Positions 38,080 through 50,062 of a stretch of 64,000 nucleotides of DNA are shown here, piece after piece (within the stretch, counting starts at the first letter, position 1; every line of letters starts with the position of its first letter). The stretch lies in the NCBI GenBank assembly GCA_030390025.1, contig CM059433.1, positions 19,222,001-19,286,000 on the forward strand, written 5' to 3'. The notes below the pieces were generated by a model. The model ran no database searches. It saw only the letters and a list, made by a program, of their open reading frames with translations, and was not told the origin of the DNA. This DNA comes from Squalus acanthias. Its lineage: Eukaryota. The position numbers and the translations under genes were made by a program.

Positions 38080-40679
38080 TCAGATTGGGATGTGCTCGTG
38101 ACTTTCAGGTTTAAAGCGAATCTCCCGTGGATTTGCTCATGATAAGATAGCATTTAAAACAGAATGCATTATTCCGCTGCTGCACTTTCAGATGTGTGTC
38201 ACTTTAAGGCTACAAATTTAACTGGCATTAAGGAAACATGGTCAGCTAATATACAGGCGAATTAAGAGGGTGCAGACATCGTGACTCTGCATTTTCTGTT
38301 GCTGAAGAGTACATTCCATATGACTGCCTTTATTGCTTTACACTCCTTTCAAGTCTGACACAAATTCACATGAGACAGTATCTAATATTTGAAGGGTGAC
38401 ACACAAATTAAGTGTACTGGACAGGAACTGTATGTATGTGTTACGTTTTTCTCGTATTACTAGCAGAGCTGGCATAGCGTAGCTCATGGTATGAGGTGTT
38501 ATAAGAACAGGAGTGTAAACCCAAGTAGTATCAGGCAAAATGATTTGATTGATTCACTTTAAAAAAAATAATTGGTAGCCGTTGCCGACTGTCCCTTTGA
38601 GTCTAGTTTTTGGATCTAAACGATTCCTAGCTTTCATTTCGACTTGCTACTTGCCTATTGGGGTGTTTCTTACCTGTTCAGTTGTGATTGGCTATTGTTT
38701 CTTGACTATGAAGTTTAAGCCAGTCAGATGCACCTCTAGAACAAAAATCTGCATATAAAAATCTGCAACTCCTGAGGTGTGACAGCAACAGAAATAATAT
38801 ACTATTCAGTCAACAAAGACAAAAACCAGAATTATGAGACAATGCACTTGCGGCCCTCTAACACACCTGACCCTAGAAGGCCAGAAATCTAATGACGTTG
38901 TGAATACCAGATGGAAAAGCTATGTCCTGTGGTATCTGCTTTAACAAATGGAGTACATCAAGTTTCTCCCTATAGTGCAGTGTGAAGATATGTGGAAGCA
39001 GATGAAAAGTGCTTGACAACAACCAATGCAGAACAGGATTGCAGAGGTGGAAGATTTTTTAAAAACCCACGAAATATAACTTGTAATTTTGAGTTAAAAT
39101 GACGTAACCATGAATGCCTTTAAGGTGATAGAAACTGCTGAGGAGAATGAGCACAGAACAGCAGCATTAGAGATCAACACAAATAATTCTGCATTCGGGC
39201 GAAAGAAGAATGCCCTTCTGCAAGCAAAGTTCAACGTGGTTCAAATGAAAGGACCTGAACACAAAAAAAATCATTGGACGAGATGCCAGACAGATGAATC
39301 CATGTTTTTAAAGGACACTCCACTTGGGTGTTTAAATTTATGTTAACCCCCCAAGCTGATAGTACTAAAACTGTCCTATGATTAACAAACATCAGCTGTA
39401 TTATCTCTCATCAGCAATTTCTATTGCCTTAAGGCAATAGGGTAGCTCTTCCTTCTCTGGGACATTTTAACTCAAAATGTGAAGTAAAATAAATCTTTGA
39501 CCTTCGCAATCCTGTTTTGTGCAGGGTGTTGGAGGTCCAATAAATCTACTTTTGACTGCTTGATATAGCAATTAATGTGTCATTCAAAGTTGATGTCAGA
39601 AAGCTGTAGTAAAACCTGGATGCTTGAGGGCCTGCATACCTTCACTACAGTGGCAGAATAAGGAGGGCCATCGTAGCTAAAGTGGTGAGTGCAACAGCCT
39701 TTGATAAAAAAAATATATATCTAGTCTGGAATCAGAAAGAAACCATCTGATTATGCGTCACTGAAAATGATAGTTTGGAGGAAAGTAAAAAAATCTCCAT
39801 GGAGCAGACTGCAAAGGAATGATCAGCTGACCATGATTCTGTGAGGACGACATTGAATTGTTTTGATTAGACAGAAGTGAAAGAAGTTTTGACCCTGAAG
39901 AGAGATGAGCTACAGTATAGTAATACAAGGACTGCTGGTGGGGGTACTGTTGCAGCTCTTATTTTATTTCTGCGCTCTACTCGTCTGCTGATTCAGTGCT
40001 GGTAATATAATGAACTTATGATAATAGACAAACTAAGCTGCAGATGGGTGTGTATATTGTTTTATTTATTGATTCAGAATATTGGTGTACTGTGTACTGG
40101 AGAGAGTGCATGATGCATAAGGTTAGTTTTAGATAGGAGGGAAAAGACACATTGTGTGTGAAAGTACAACAAATATGTGTTACAGCTTTAATGGTACAAA
40201 GTCCAGTCGAACAAAACGAATGCTAATGACAATTAAAACTAATCCCAAAAATGAGACACGTTCAGGATATTAAGAGCCTATTGCAATGACAGAAGGGAGA
40301 ATTAGCTTGGGAAGCAAATCACAAATTTATTGAGACTACACTATGTGGCGCAATATCATTAAATCTTAGGTATTTTTTTATTACTAAAGTGTCAGAAAAA
40401 CCTTTAGCTGAGCGCACACTAACAAACACGTAGGATTCCATCCACACACGTTAACCACAGATCAATTCTTTGGGCTCCACTGGCAACAAGAGAAAGTCCA
40501 GTGAGATGTGGTAATATGCTTTGTTGACTTGAAGAAAGCCTATGACTACATTTGGCTGTAAAAGATTCTGGAACACAGTGCTGAAGTTAGAATTCAATAT
40601 AAAACAACTCACTCTCCGAGAGATCTGGGCACGTAAGGAGCTGTGGAATTTGGAGTTGAGCCCTCAAATTTATATCAGT

Positions 40680-40925
40680 GTTCAGAGTCTGGCTGATTCA
40701 GGACAACGTGATTATTCCCCTGGGGAATAATCACGTTGCCCTGAATCAGCACCGATGCATGCTCACTGTCCAGACAGGTCAGGAGTGCCACACTCCCATC
40801 ATTCCTCCAAGTGAGATTGGCAAACTCTGCATAGCCCAAAACTCGAGTCTGGAATCCTCCTGAACTGTGTAAGCTCAGTTTAACAACATATGGTGAATTT
40901 ATCATTTGGGCTATCAGTAAGCATT
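40680..40925 (-). mobile_element. Old degenerate SINE fragment
   Basis: Ends tggaatcctcctgaactgtgtaagctcagtttaacaacatatggtgaatttatcatttgggctatc, parallel to 48780-48850. Confidence 0.4.
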
Positions 40926-41361
40926 TCAAATAATCTGTTGAAACTAATAAAAATGACGCAAAGATGTCTTAAAATTTTAAATGGACATGTTGACACCTAA
41001 ATGTTGAGCACTACTTTTACAATAATAAAATGTTTATTCAACAACGTGCCTTTTTACTTTTAGGTTTAGTGACGAAAACCCATTTGTTCTAAAATGATCT
41101 TGTAAAATTATTTAATAATTCACCTGTATTTTTCCCAGGACCTTCTAAAGTGAATAGTATCTCAAACAGACTAACGTGGTAGCACTCAAATTTTGGAATG
41201 TGTAAAATTGTTAAACTGGCGTAGTTTAATTCTGATTAAGAGTATAATGTCAGAACAGGGTGAACTAGACCAGAGGCTCCCAACCTGGGGGTTGCGACAA
41301 GGTTATTGGGAGGCATGAGGAGGATGCTAGCTGTAATCACTAGCAGGTAGTGTTTGCAATA

Positions 41362-41786
41362 CAGGAAACTTTCGTTTATCCGGCACTCAAATATCCGGAA
41401 TTCTCGCTTAACCGGCAAAAATCATCCTCCGAAAACTCCTCTCAAATAACCGGCAATGTTGCCGAGTCGCAGTCGAGTCTCCGCAAACGCAGAGTGCTCC
41501 GAAAAATCCTCTCAAATAACCGGCAATGTTGCCGATCCCGAGTCCGAGTCCGAGTCCGCGAACGCCGATTTAGTCAGTAGGGGTACTTTTCAAAAGTACC
41601 ACTACTTGGCCTCCTGGCGCTGTCGCAAGTCCGAAACATTGCAGTAGCATGAGTAGATTCTCCCGTGCTGCTTGGAGTCTCTTTGTTAAAAATAGCCTCG
41701 GTAGATATAACTCTCTGTTATCCGGTACTTTCGATAAACCGGCACCACGCCGGTCCCGTCGATGCCGGATAAACGAAAGTTTCCTG
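41362..41786. mobile_element. Tc1/mariner-type MITE, 425 bp
   Basis: ta|CAGGAAACTTTCGTTTATCCGGCA...TGCCGGATAAACGAAAGTTTCCTG|ta; opposite orientation to 45095; internal tandem duplication. Confidence 0.9.
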
Positions 41787-42194
41787 TATTTATTTCCTCC
41801 ACTGGTGGTGCTGTAGCACTCCCCTGAAAACACAGGCTGTTTCTCAGTCTGCCCTCTCCAAATATCCCCTCTAAACAGTTCCAGCTTACAGGTACAGTAC
41901 TTTCAATACTCTCAGTTTAAATGTGTTTCGATCAGTTACAAAAAGTTGTTTGCCTTCTGGCCTGTACCTCTGTGCACCATAACTTTCTTCTTGGAAGTGC
42001 TGGGGTCTCCATTGCCATAGAGAAATAAATAAATAGCAAGTTGGTGTCTCCCAACTCTGCTTCAAAAATCTGTTAAAAGGTTCTTTGTCCCTGATCTCTG
42101 CAGCTCTGTGGATGTGGTTGGCACCCAGGAACATTTTTGTTGGTTTTTTGGGGTCTAGTGATTAAAGTCACAGGCGAGTTCAAGGAGGAACTTT

Positions 42195-42860
42195 GGGGTG
42201 AATTTTAGCACACAAAAACAGGTGGGTTGGGTTCGGGTCAGATGTTAAAATTTTTAAAATCTGAACCCTGCCCCCAACCCACCCACTTCCGGGTTTTACT
42301 GAGGCGGGACAAGGGGCGGGCAGCCAACCCGCTTCCAGGAGGCGGATTGGCAAGTTCAATATTTGAATGAGGCCAGCAGCCTGATTTTACAGTGGGCGGC
42401 CAGAAACCCGGCAGCTGAAGTGAGGCGAGGATAGCATAGCTTCAGAGAGAAGCTAAGTGCCTTCACAGCACTGCTTGTGGGCCAGGAAGAGCAAGAGTGC
42501 TTCTCCCCAGCCCCCCTGCAGACCCTCCCCATACAATGGACCCCAGGGTCAGAGTTCAGACCCCCCCGGGATTGGGATCGGAGCCCCCCCCCCCCCACCC
42601 CAAGATCGGGGATCAGACACCCCCCAGGGGTTGTGGACCAAACCTACTTGGGTCCTGCGGCCTGCTCCGGAGTCCTCCCCACCCGACTGGAAGCTAAGCC
42701 TGTCAATCAGGCTGACATCCAAGTGGGGAAACCTGTCAATGACACAAGACACATGCTGTGGAGTTAAAACTCCACAGCATGCGTGGTTCCTGATTTCCCG
42801 TCTGAAACTCTGGCCCCCACCCCACAGCCTCTGTAACCCGTCCCTGTTGATATCCAGGCC
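42195..42860. mobile_element. Probable PIF/Harbinger-type MITE (degenerate TIRs), ~666 bp
   Basis: GGGGTGAATTTTAG...GTTGATATCCAGGCC|att; shares ccgcttccaggaggcgg-like block with 10913 element. Confidence 0.55.
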
Positions 42861-43574
42861 ATTGAGTTGAAATATCAGTTGATGAAGTGCTAGCTGATCT
42901 TACCAGCACAAGCAGAGTAATGGAGGGGAACGCTGCTGGGAATTCTATAATTATTCATTAATTTCCATTATGCACCAGTGATGTCCCCTCCATTATGGCA
43001 GATAATCAACACTGCACTTGAACTTAGTCATGGAGTGGAACACAATTCTAAAAACCTCTTAATTCAAGTGATGAGCTCATATGGTTCACTCGATTGTAGT
43101 AAGTTATCGCATTGACAAACAACTTGTGCTTCGTTTGGGGGCATTATCTTTTAGTTTTCAGGTCCTCATGGATTATTTTTCTTTTAAGACTGTTTTATTA
43201 TTGGACAAAACACTGCAATACTTCACTGCACTGTCAAAATGAAACTAGCACTGGGTAGTGGCAGCCGAGTTGCTAAAAATGGCAGACAGTTAATTTCAAT
43301 ATTCAAAGAGTATTCTTAAACAAGTAGGTACCAAATCACATGTTTTGTTCTCCTGCCAAGGACAATGTTGACATGGTGTGATTCCAAATGATCAGAAACA
43401 CTTGCCAGAACATCTGGAATTAGGTTGATTATCAAGGAGTAAAGTAATCGTTTTGGAAGGACACAAACTGTGGTTCAACAGAACAAACATCTGTCTAAAA
43501 TGTTCAGCTTAGATGTACTGAATAATTTTTTACTCGATTAAAGGTGGTGGTCCATCAAGACAGTACATTTTCAC

Positions 43575-43895
43575 AAGATCACAAAATAATTATAGATCCG
43601 GAAGGACATTCGGCCCATTTTGATTCATCCATCCAGAGATGCTAATAGCACCCTATTGCAACATCCATTTGTTTCTTAAATGATTTGAATGTTTTTGCCT
43701 CCACTATGTTATCTGGAAGTTTATTCCAAATGTTGATCACTTTGTAAGAAGAATTTCCTGATATCTTTCCAAAATGTATCCTTTTCTAGTTGGAACCAGT
43801 GTCTCCTTGTTGTACTCAAACCTCAAAACTCATAATCAGACCCTTGTTACTGGGGATCATTGCTCTTCTCAGCACTGCCTCCAATGTTGAATTTT
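43575..43895 (-). mobile_element. Degenerate CR1 3' fragment
   Basis: gacattcggccc...tttgcctccacta...ttccaaatgttgatcac. Confidence 0.55.
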
Positions 43896-43964
43896 AACAC
43901 TTAGCTTTGACAAATTGATTTAAAAGCTCTAGTTCAGCAAAGTGAGTTTCATAATACAAGATGG

Positions 43965-45528
43965 AAATAGAGTCATAGAGGCACAGAAGGAGGCCATTCG
44001 GCCCAACGAGTCCATGTACAGCAATCGAGTCAGTCCCATTCCCCCGCTCTATCCCCGTAGCCCTGCAAGTTTATTTCCCTCAAGTGCCTATCCAGTCTCC
44101 CCTTGAAAACATTGAGTGTCTCTGCTTCCACCACTTCCGTCGGCAGTGAATTCCAGGTCATCACCACTCGTTGCATAAAAAAGTTTTTCCTCACGTCCCC
44201 CCTGCATCTCTTGCCCAAAACCTTAAATCTGTGTCCCCTAGTCTTTGTACCATCAACTAGTGGGAACAGCCTTTCCCCATATAGCCTATCCAAACTCGTC
44301 ATAATCTTGTACACCTCTATCAAATCACCCTGAACCTCCTTTGCTCTAATGAAAACAAATCCAGCTTCTCCAACCTGTCCTTGTAGCTAAGATCCCCCAT
44401 CCCCAGAACCATTCTGGTAGATCTCCTCTGCACCCTCTCAAGGGCCTTCACATCCTTCCTAAAGTGTGGTGACCAGAACTGGACGCAATACTCCAGCTGT
44501 GGTCTAACCAGCGCTTTATAATGGTTCAGCATAAGTTCTCTACTTTTGTACTCAATACCGCTATTTATGAAGCCCAAGATCCCATATGCTTTGTTAACCA
44601 CTCTCTCAATATGTCCTGCTACCTTCAGGGACCTATGCACGTTAACTCCCAGGTCCCTCTGTCCCTGCACTCTTTAAAACTGCGCCATTAAGTGTATGTT
44701 GCCTCTCCCTGTTCCTTCTGCCAAAATACATCACCTCACACTTCTCTATTAAATTCCATCTGCCACTTGTCTGCCCATTCTGCTAGCCTTTCTATGTCCT
44801 GTTGCAGTTGATTGGTATCATCACTGTTTGCCATACCCCCAAGTTTGGGGTTATCGGCAAATTTAGAAATTCTACTCTGTACTCCAATATCCAGGTCATT
44901 TATATATATCAAAAAAAGCAGTGGCACCAGCACTGACCCTTGGGGAACACCACTGTCTACCATCCTCCAGTCTGAAAAACAGCCATTTACCACAACTCGC
45001 TGTTTTCTGTCCTTAAGCCAATTCCTTATCCAAGCTGCCACTGACCCACCTATTCCATGAGCCTCAATTTTGTTAACCAGCCTTCTATGTGGTACAGGAA
45101 ACTTTCGTTTATCCGGCACCGACGGGACCGGCGTGGTGCCGGTTGATCGAAAGTGCCGGATTACAGAGAGGTATACTTACCAAGGTACGAGAGCCCCGTA
45201 CACGGCCACAGGCTTAACAATTGGGACCCGGAGAGGGAAAGTAAACGAGACTCCGGCTTTCTCCTCCGTGGCGGCGACAGGTCCGAGTCGGAAGAACGTT
45301 GACCCCCCTTTCGTGGGGGCGAAAGGTCAGAATCGGGGTCTTGTCTGTATAATAAAACTTACCTGATTTTTGCCGGTTAAGCGAGAATTCCGGATATTTG
45401 GGTGCCGGATAAACGAAAGTTTCCTGTACTTTGCCAAAAGCCTTCTGAAAATCCATGTAGACAACATCCATTGCATTCTCTTCATCAATCCTCTCTGTTA
45501 CTTCATCAAAAAATTCAATTAGATTAGA
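43965..45528 (-). mobile_element. CR1 LINE RT to 3' end, frameshifted, interrupted by a MITE
   Basis: DVVYMDFQKAFGKV, GVPQGSVL, LVRPQLEYCVQFWSPH motifs across ORFs 45214, 44736, 44320, 44030. Confidence 0.92.
45095..45426. mobile_element. Tc1/mariner-type MITE, 332 bp, inserted in CR1
   Basis: Perfect 26-bp TIR CAGGAAACTTTCGTTTATCCGGCACC; TA TSD; excision restores atgtggtactttgccaaaagcc. Confidence 0.93.
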
Positions 45529-45613
45529 AAAGTGAACACCAGCGAGCCTCTCTAGCTGCTTTGCTGTTTAGGTCCATGTGGAGAAGCTTTTCATGTTAAC
45601 ACAAACAACATTT

Positions 45614-46008
45614 TAGAAAGAAAGACTTGCATTTATATCGCGCCTTTCACAACCTCAGGACGTTCCAAAGTGCTTTAGAGCCAATTAAGTACTTTTGACG
45701 TGTAGTCACTGTTGTGATGTAGTAAATGCGGCAGCCAATTTGCACACAGCAAGCTCCCACAAACATCAATGTGATAATGACCAAACAATCTGTTTTTAGT
45801 GATATTGATTGAGGGATAAATATTGGCCAGGACACCATGGATAACTCCCCTGCTCTTCTTCGAACTAGTGCCATGGGATCTTTTAAGTCCACCTGAGAGA
45901 GCAGACGGAGCCTTGCTTTTAACATCTCATCCGAAAGACGGCACCTCCCACAGTGCAGCGCTCCTCAGTACTGCACTGGAGTGTCAGCCTAGACTTTTGT
46001 GCTCAAGT
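45614..46008 (-). mobile_element. SacSINE1/DeuSINE-like SINE (head truncated)
   Basis: High similarity to 59917-60310. Confidence 0.85.
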
Positions 46009-46057
46009 TTCTGTTTAAATTTTATGTTATTTAACTTCTCAACTTCAGTTACACAGA

Positions 46058-46472
46058 AAGACTAGAGAAGCTGGGGTTGTTCTACTTAGAGCAGAGGTTA
46101 TGGGGAGGTGTTCAAAATCATGACATGTTTTGATAGAGTAAATCAGGAGAAATGGTTTCCAGTGGCAGAAGGGTCAGTAACCAGAAGGCATATAATTCAG
46201 ATAATTGGCAAAAGAACCAGAGGCGAGATGAGGAGACATTTTTTATGCAGCAAATGATGATGATCTGGAATGCACTGCTTGAAAGGGTGGTGGAAGCAGA
46301 TTCAAGAAGAAGAACTTTCAAAAGAGAATTGGATGAATGCTTCAAGGGGAAAAACATTGTAGGGCTATGGGGAAAGGGAAGAGGAGCGGGACTAATTGGA
46401 TAGCTCGTTCAAAGAGCTGGCACAGGCCCGATGAGCCAAATGGCCTCTATGTTGGATCATTCTATGATTCTA
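46058..46472 (+). mobile_element. CR1 3' fragment
   Basis: gactagagaagctggggttgttc...tggaatgcactgc...tctatgattcta. Confidence 0.8.
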
Positions 46473-46927
46473 TATTTGAAGAGTGATAAAGCCAAGCTTC
46501 TTTCATAAATGAACCCTTATTACATATGTGTTTAATGTTAGATTTAATTTAAACAGAAAAGTACACATCAGTGTTACAATTAGGATTTTAGTAAACATTA
46601 ATGGTGGGTTTCACTTAAAGTGCCCAACAGTCTAATTACAGATTTTGTTCTTCCAAATTTTGATTGTGTCTAAGCTATATAAAACTGGGGAAACACAGGC
46701 CATCACAGGTCTGCAACTAGTGCTGGATGCAATTTGAGCATCAGATAAGAAATGCATTGCATTACATTAAAGCACATTTGCTCAAGCATGATTTTCCAAT
46801 AGCATATTGGCAGCATATTTCCTAAAAAGCCTAGTGACAACACCAATGGATGCTAAATTGAAAATGTCTAAGTAGCTAAGAACTGTATGAAGTCAGGTGT
46901 GATATATTTGTTATTATGTTACAATAG

Positions 46928-47029
46928 GCATTTTGCGATATGGAATCCAATGGAGGAGGATGGACAGTAGTACAACGTCGTCAAGACGGCAAAATGGATT
47001 TTCAGCGCACGTGGAAAGAATATAGAACA
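46928..47029 (+). CDS. ANGPT2: Angiopoietin-2 exon 6 (102 nt)
   Basis: acaatag|GCA...ACA|gtaaga; [34 protein letters not shown], with fibrinogen-domain GGWT and DFQRTWKEY motifs. Confidence 0.94.
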
Positions 47030-47054
47030 GTAAGAACTTTTCAAAGTAATCTTA

Positions 47055-47260
47055 GAGGACTGGCTCGTGCAATAGGCCATTCTAGCTTCTAGGATCTGGA
47101 TTCAAATTTGGCCTGATGAAAAGGTGATAACTCAAAATTCAGTAAAATCAATAGCAGATGGCTGAATCTCGTCCTTTGTGGGAGTGAGGCCACAGAACAA
47201 AACTTGGCAATAATCTGGAAGTTTCACTCAGACTGGCCAAAATAATGGCCAGTGTGGGAA
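47055..47260 (+). mobile_element. Degenerate LF-SINE-like fragment just after exon 6
   Basis: ggactggctc...ttctaggatctggattcaaat...cacagaacaaaacttggca resembles a decayed tRNA-head SINE. Confidence 0.35.
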
Positions 47261-48529
47261 ATGGACATTTCACACCTCTATATTGAGATTCCTCTTTTCT
47301 GAGATTATTGTGGAGAAAGCTTTGTTTTGTGTATATGTATCCAGGATGGGAAGAGAACATCAGTCCCATATGTACTCAGCTCCATCCTTGAGGTAGTGTC
47401 ATCTCTGTGAACCAGCCAGCCATCCCCCCCACCCCCATCTCCTGGGAAAGACACTAAGAGAGCTGTAGCCAATTCAGGATTCCTCTGTCAAAAAATCCTC
47501 TTTAACCCCACATGGGCAATCAGGTGAGCCCCAGATCCCATCACCTCAAACACACTCTCTACTTGCATAATATTCATGCCTTTAATAATGTTGAATACCT
47601 GAATCAGATCCTCTCTTAGAATCATAGATTGTGTCCTGCGCTCCATGACGCCACCCTGCCCCCCATCCCCCGTGCAGGCACAGAGAGCCGGCATTCATTT
47701 AGGAGTGACCGGAAGGTGAATGGGACAGAGAAGAGCATTGTGTGGGCCTGTAAGAGGGTGACTACGGAACAGGAGATTGGGACTCTGGTGGATGAGAGGG
47801 GGGTTGGAAGACTGAGATTGAGACTCGGGGGGTATGGGGTGGGTGGGGAGACAGAGATTGGGATGGGACGGGGCGAGAGGAGGTTGGAAGATTGAGATTG
47901 CGACTCAGCGGTAGGGGGGGGGGGGGGGGGGGGGGAAGAGGCGGGCGGGCAGGGGAAGAGGGTGACAGATTTGGACTCTGGGCAGTCGAGAGATTGGGGC
48001 TCGGAGAAGGGGGACAGAGGGAGAGGGTGACAGGGAACCACTATCGCAAGTTGGGTTGTCAATTAATCGCAGTTAACATTTTTGTAGATAACCTGCCACA
48101 GACAAAAATCTGAAAGATTGGAACCAAAAAATTAATTCAAAATAATGGATCTCAAATGTTCCCAGCTCTAACGATTAATAACTTTAAAAGAATAATTTCA
48201 AAAGGAATTGCATTACAGGAGAAGTCTGAGCAAATACAGGGATGTTTGAAGCATTTGATTTACCTTTGTGGCTTTAATTGGCGCTTAATTTCTCGAAGGA
48301 TTTGTATTCAAAAGTACCTTAGTCCTCTGCGTGTGTGTCAGAGTCAGCCGAATGTCCGAATCCCTATGTACATCAATAACTAAATGGCCTCAATTCATGC
48401 TAGATCGCTTGGCGAATAATTGGCGTTCTTCTGTACAATTGAGATCAGTTTAATCTAAATTATCATGACTACTTTTATCCTTCACCTCTCTTGAAGATGC
48501 TTACATGCACTGGAATGCAGGGCTATAGA

Positions 48530-48850
48530 TACAGCAGCCCTCTCACACCTCATTCAAATGGCATTTTGTTCTGAGAGAGATGAAATAGGGTCAGGCTATA
48601 AGACTGTCAGGCATCACAATGAAGCCCAATCCTGTCTTCACCAGATGTGCATTATCCAGCAGAGGTCACTGGATAGCAATCAAAAGCAGGAATCTTTCTG
48701 CTTCTCATTCCTGGGGAAGGAAGTAAACTGCAGTGTCTTCAGCTAAGACTAACTAACATAGCACAGATTAGGAATCAAACTTGAGACCTTGCTGTTCTAA
48801 AAGGATTAGTAACATTTCTGGGCAGTGCATTTACCCACTTTTACACTGGG
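48530..48850 (-). mobile_element. Old degenerate SINE
   Basis: gcccaatcctgtcttcacc...ccagcagaggtcactggatagcaatc is the reverse complement of the 61160 family core. Confidence 0.55.
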
Positions 48851-48930
48851 GAACTCATTGTGATAATCAAATAGACAGAGCGTTATGGTTGTCCGAGTTG
48901 GTGCTCCAACAGACTGTGCTCTACAATGAT

Positions 48931-49137
48931 AGTGAGAAGTCGCACAACACCAGGTTATAGTCCAACAGCTTTATTTGAAATCACAAGCTATCGGAGCGCT
49001 GCTCCTTCGTCACCTGACGAAGGAGCAGCGCTCCGAAAGCTTGTGATTTCAAATAAAGCTGTTGGACTATAACCTGGCGTTGTGCGACTTCTCACTTTTG
49101 TCCACCCCAGTCCAACACCGGCATCTCCGCATCATAG
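48931..49137 (+). mobile_element. Penelope-like terminal palindrome (82-bp arms) with probable 12-bp TSD
   Basis: Arms 48931-49012 and 49015-49096 with 2 mismatches; flanks ctacaatgatag / ctataatgatag; same family as 8639. Confidence 0.87.
49010..49046 (+). ncRNA. Minimal type I hammerhead ribozyme motif
   Basis: UCAC-CUGACGA-A-GGAGC-AGC-GCUCC-GAAA-GC-UU-GUGA. Confidence 0.72.
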
Positions 49138-49303
49138 CTATAATGATAGGACACAGATCCTTCCACATAGTGAGATTCTATCTCAACTGTGCTATCAGAC
49201 TTAGCTGGCTTGTATAGGCTAGATGCAATGGCGGTGAAGGAAGGAAACTGGAACATTGTTCATCATCTTCCAGCTGGTAACAGAGCCGTAATTGTCACAT
49301 ACT

Positions 49304-50062
49304 GGCCTGGATTTTGCAGTGGTAATGACGGCAAACTGTCAGCGTTCGCCGTCATTACCACTGATCGTAACTTCAGGATTTAGCGCATGCGCAGCGAAAC
49401 GCGAAAATCCTGAAGTTGCAGTCAGTCATTCCCTGCTTCGCCGCAGGCTGCGCTGTGGAACTCCCCATAGCCGGCAATCAGTGAAATCCTTTGAACTGAC
49501 GAAAACTTAAGCTTTTCCGCTGTAATATTGCTGTTAACCACCCCGTGAAAAGTTAAGCCTTGTTGTAATAGGTGTAACTGGGGTTTTAACAGTGTATTGA
49601 CTGTCGAACAACCGTTCTTGACCCTGAAAAACAAGTTTTATTTTTGTGGAATGTCAAATTGCTTCATTATGATAGAAAATTACTAGATTTTTAAAATAAT
49701 TAGAAACATTTATTTTTTTTTAAGTTTGTTTATGCTATTTCAGCTTCTACTTTAACCACATGTGTCCGTCCCAATCTTTATTTTGCTCTCTGTAAATTTT
49801 TTAAAAAGTGAATTGATAATCAGTCCTTTTTAATTCCTGGTTTGCTGTCTGTGAGAATTCTTCAATGTGATTGGTTGCTAAGGCAGCTTCATGACATCAG
49901 TGCTGCTCTACGCTGCGGATACCCTTTTGACAACGCTACAATCAATTTAACATCGAGGAACCTAAAGTTTTCGCCACAGAGATTGCAAAATCTTTGTGGG
50001 CAGCTTTCTTAGAGGACAGCGGCGATCGCCGTCGCTTCGCCGCTGACTGCAAATTCCGGGCC
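49304..50062. mobile_element. PIF/Harbinger-type MITE, 759 bp
   Basis: act|GGCCTGGATTTTGCAGT...ACTGCAAATTCCGGGCC|act. Confidence 0.88.

Noticed and set aside
41425..41565. CRISPR-like repeat-spacer pattern
   Set aside because: Only two units inside a eukaryotic MITE; no cas genes
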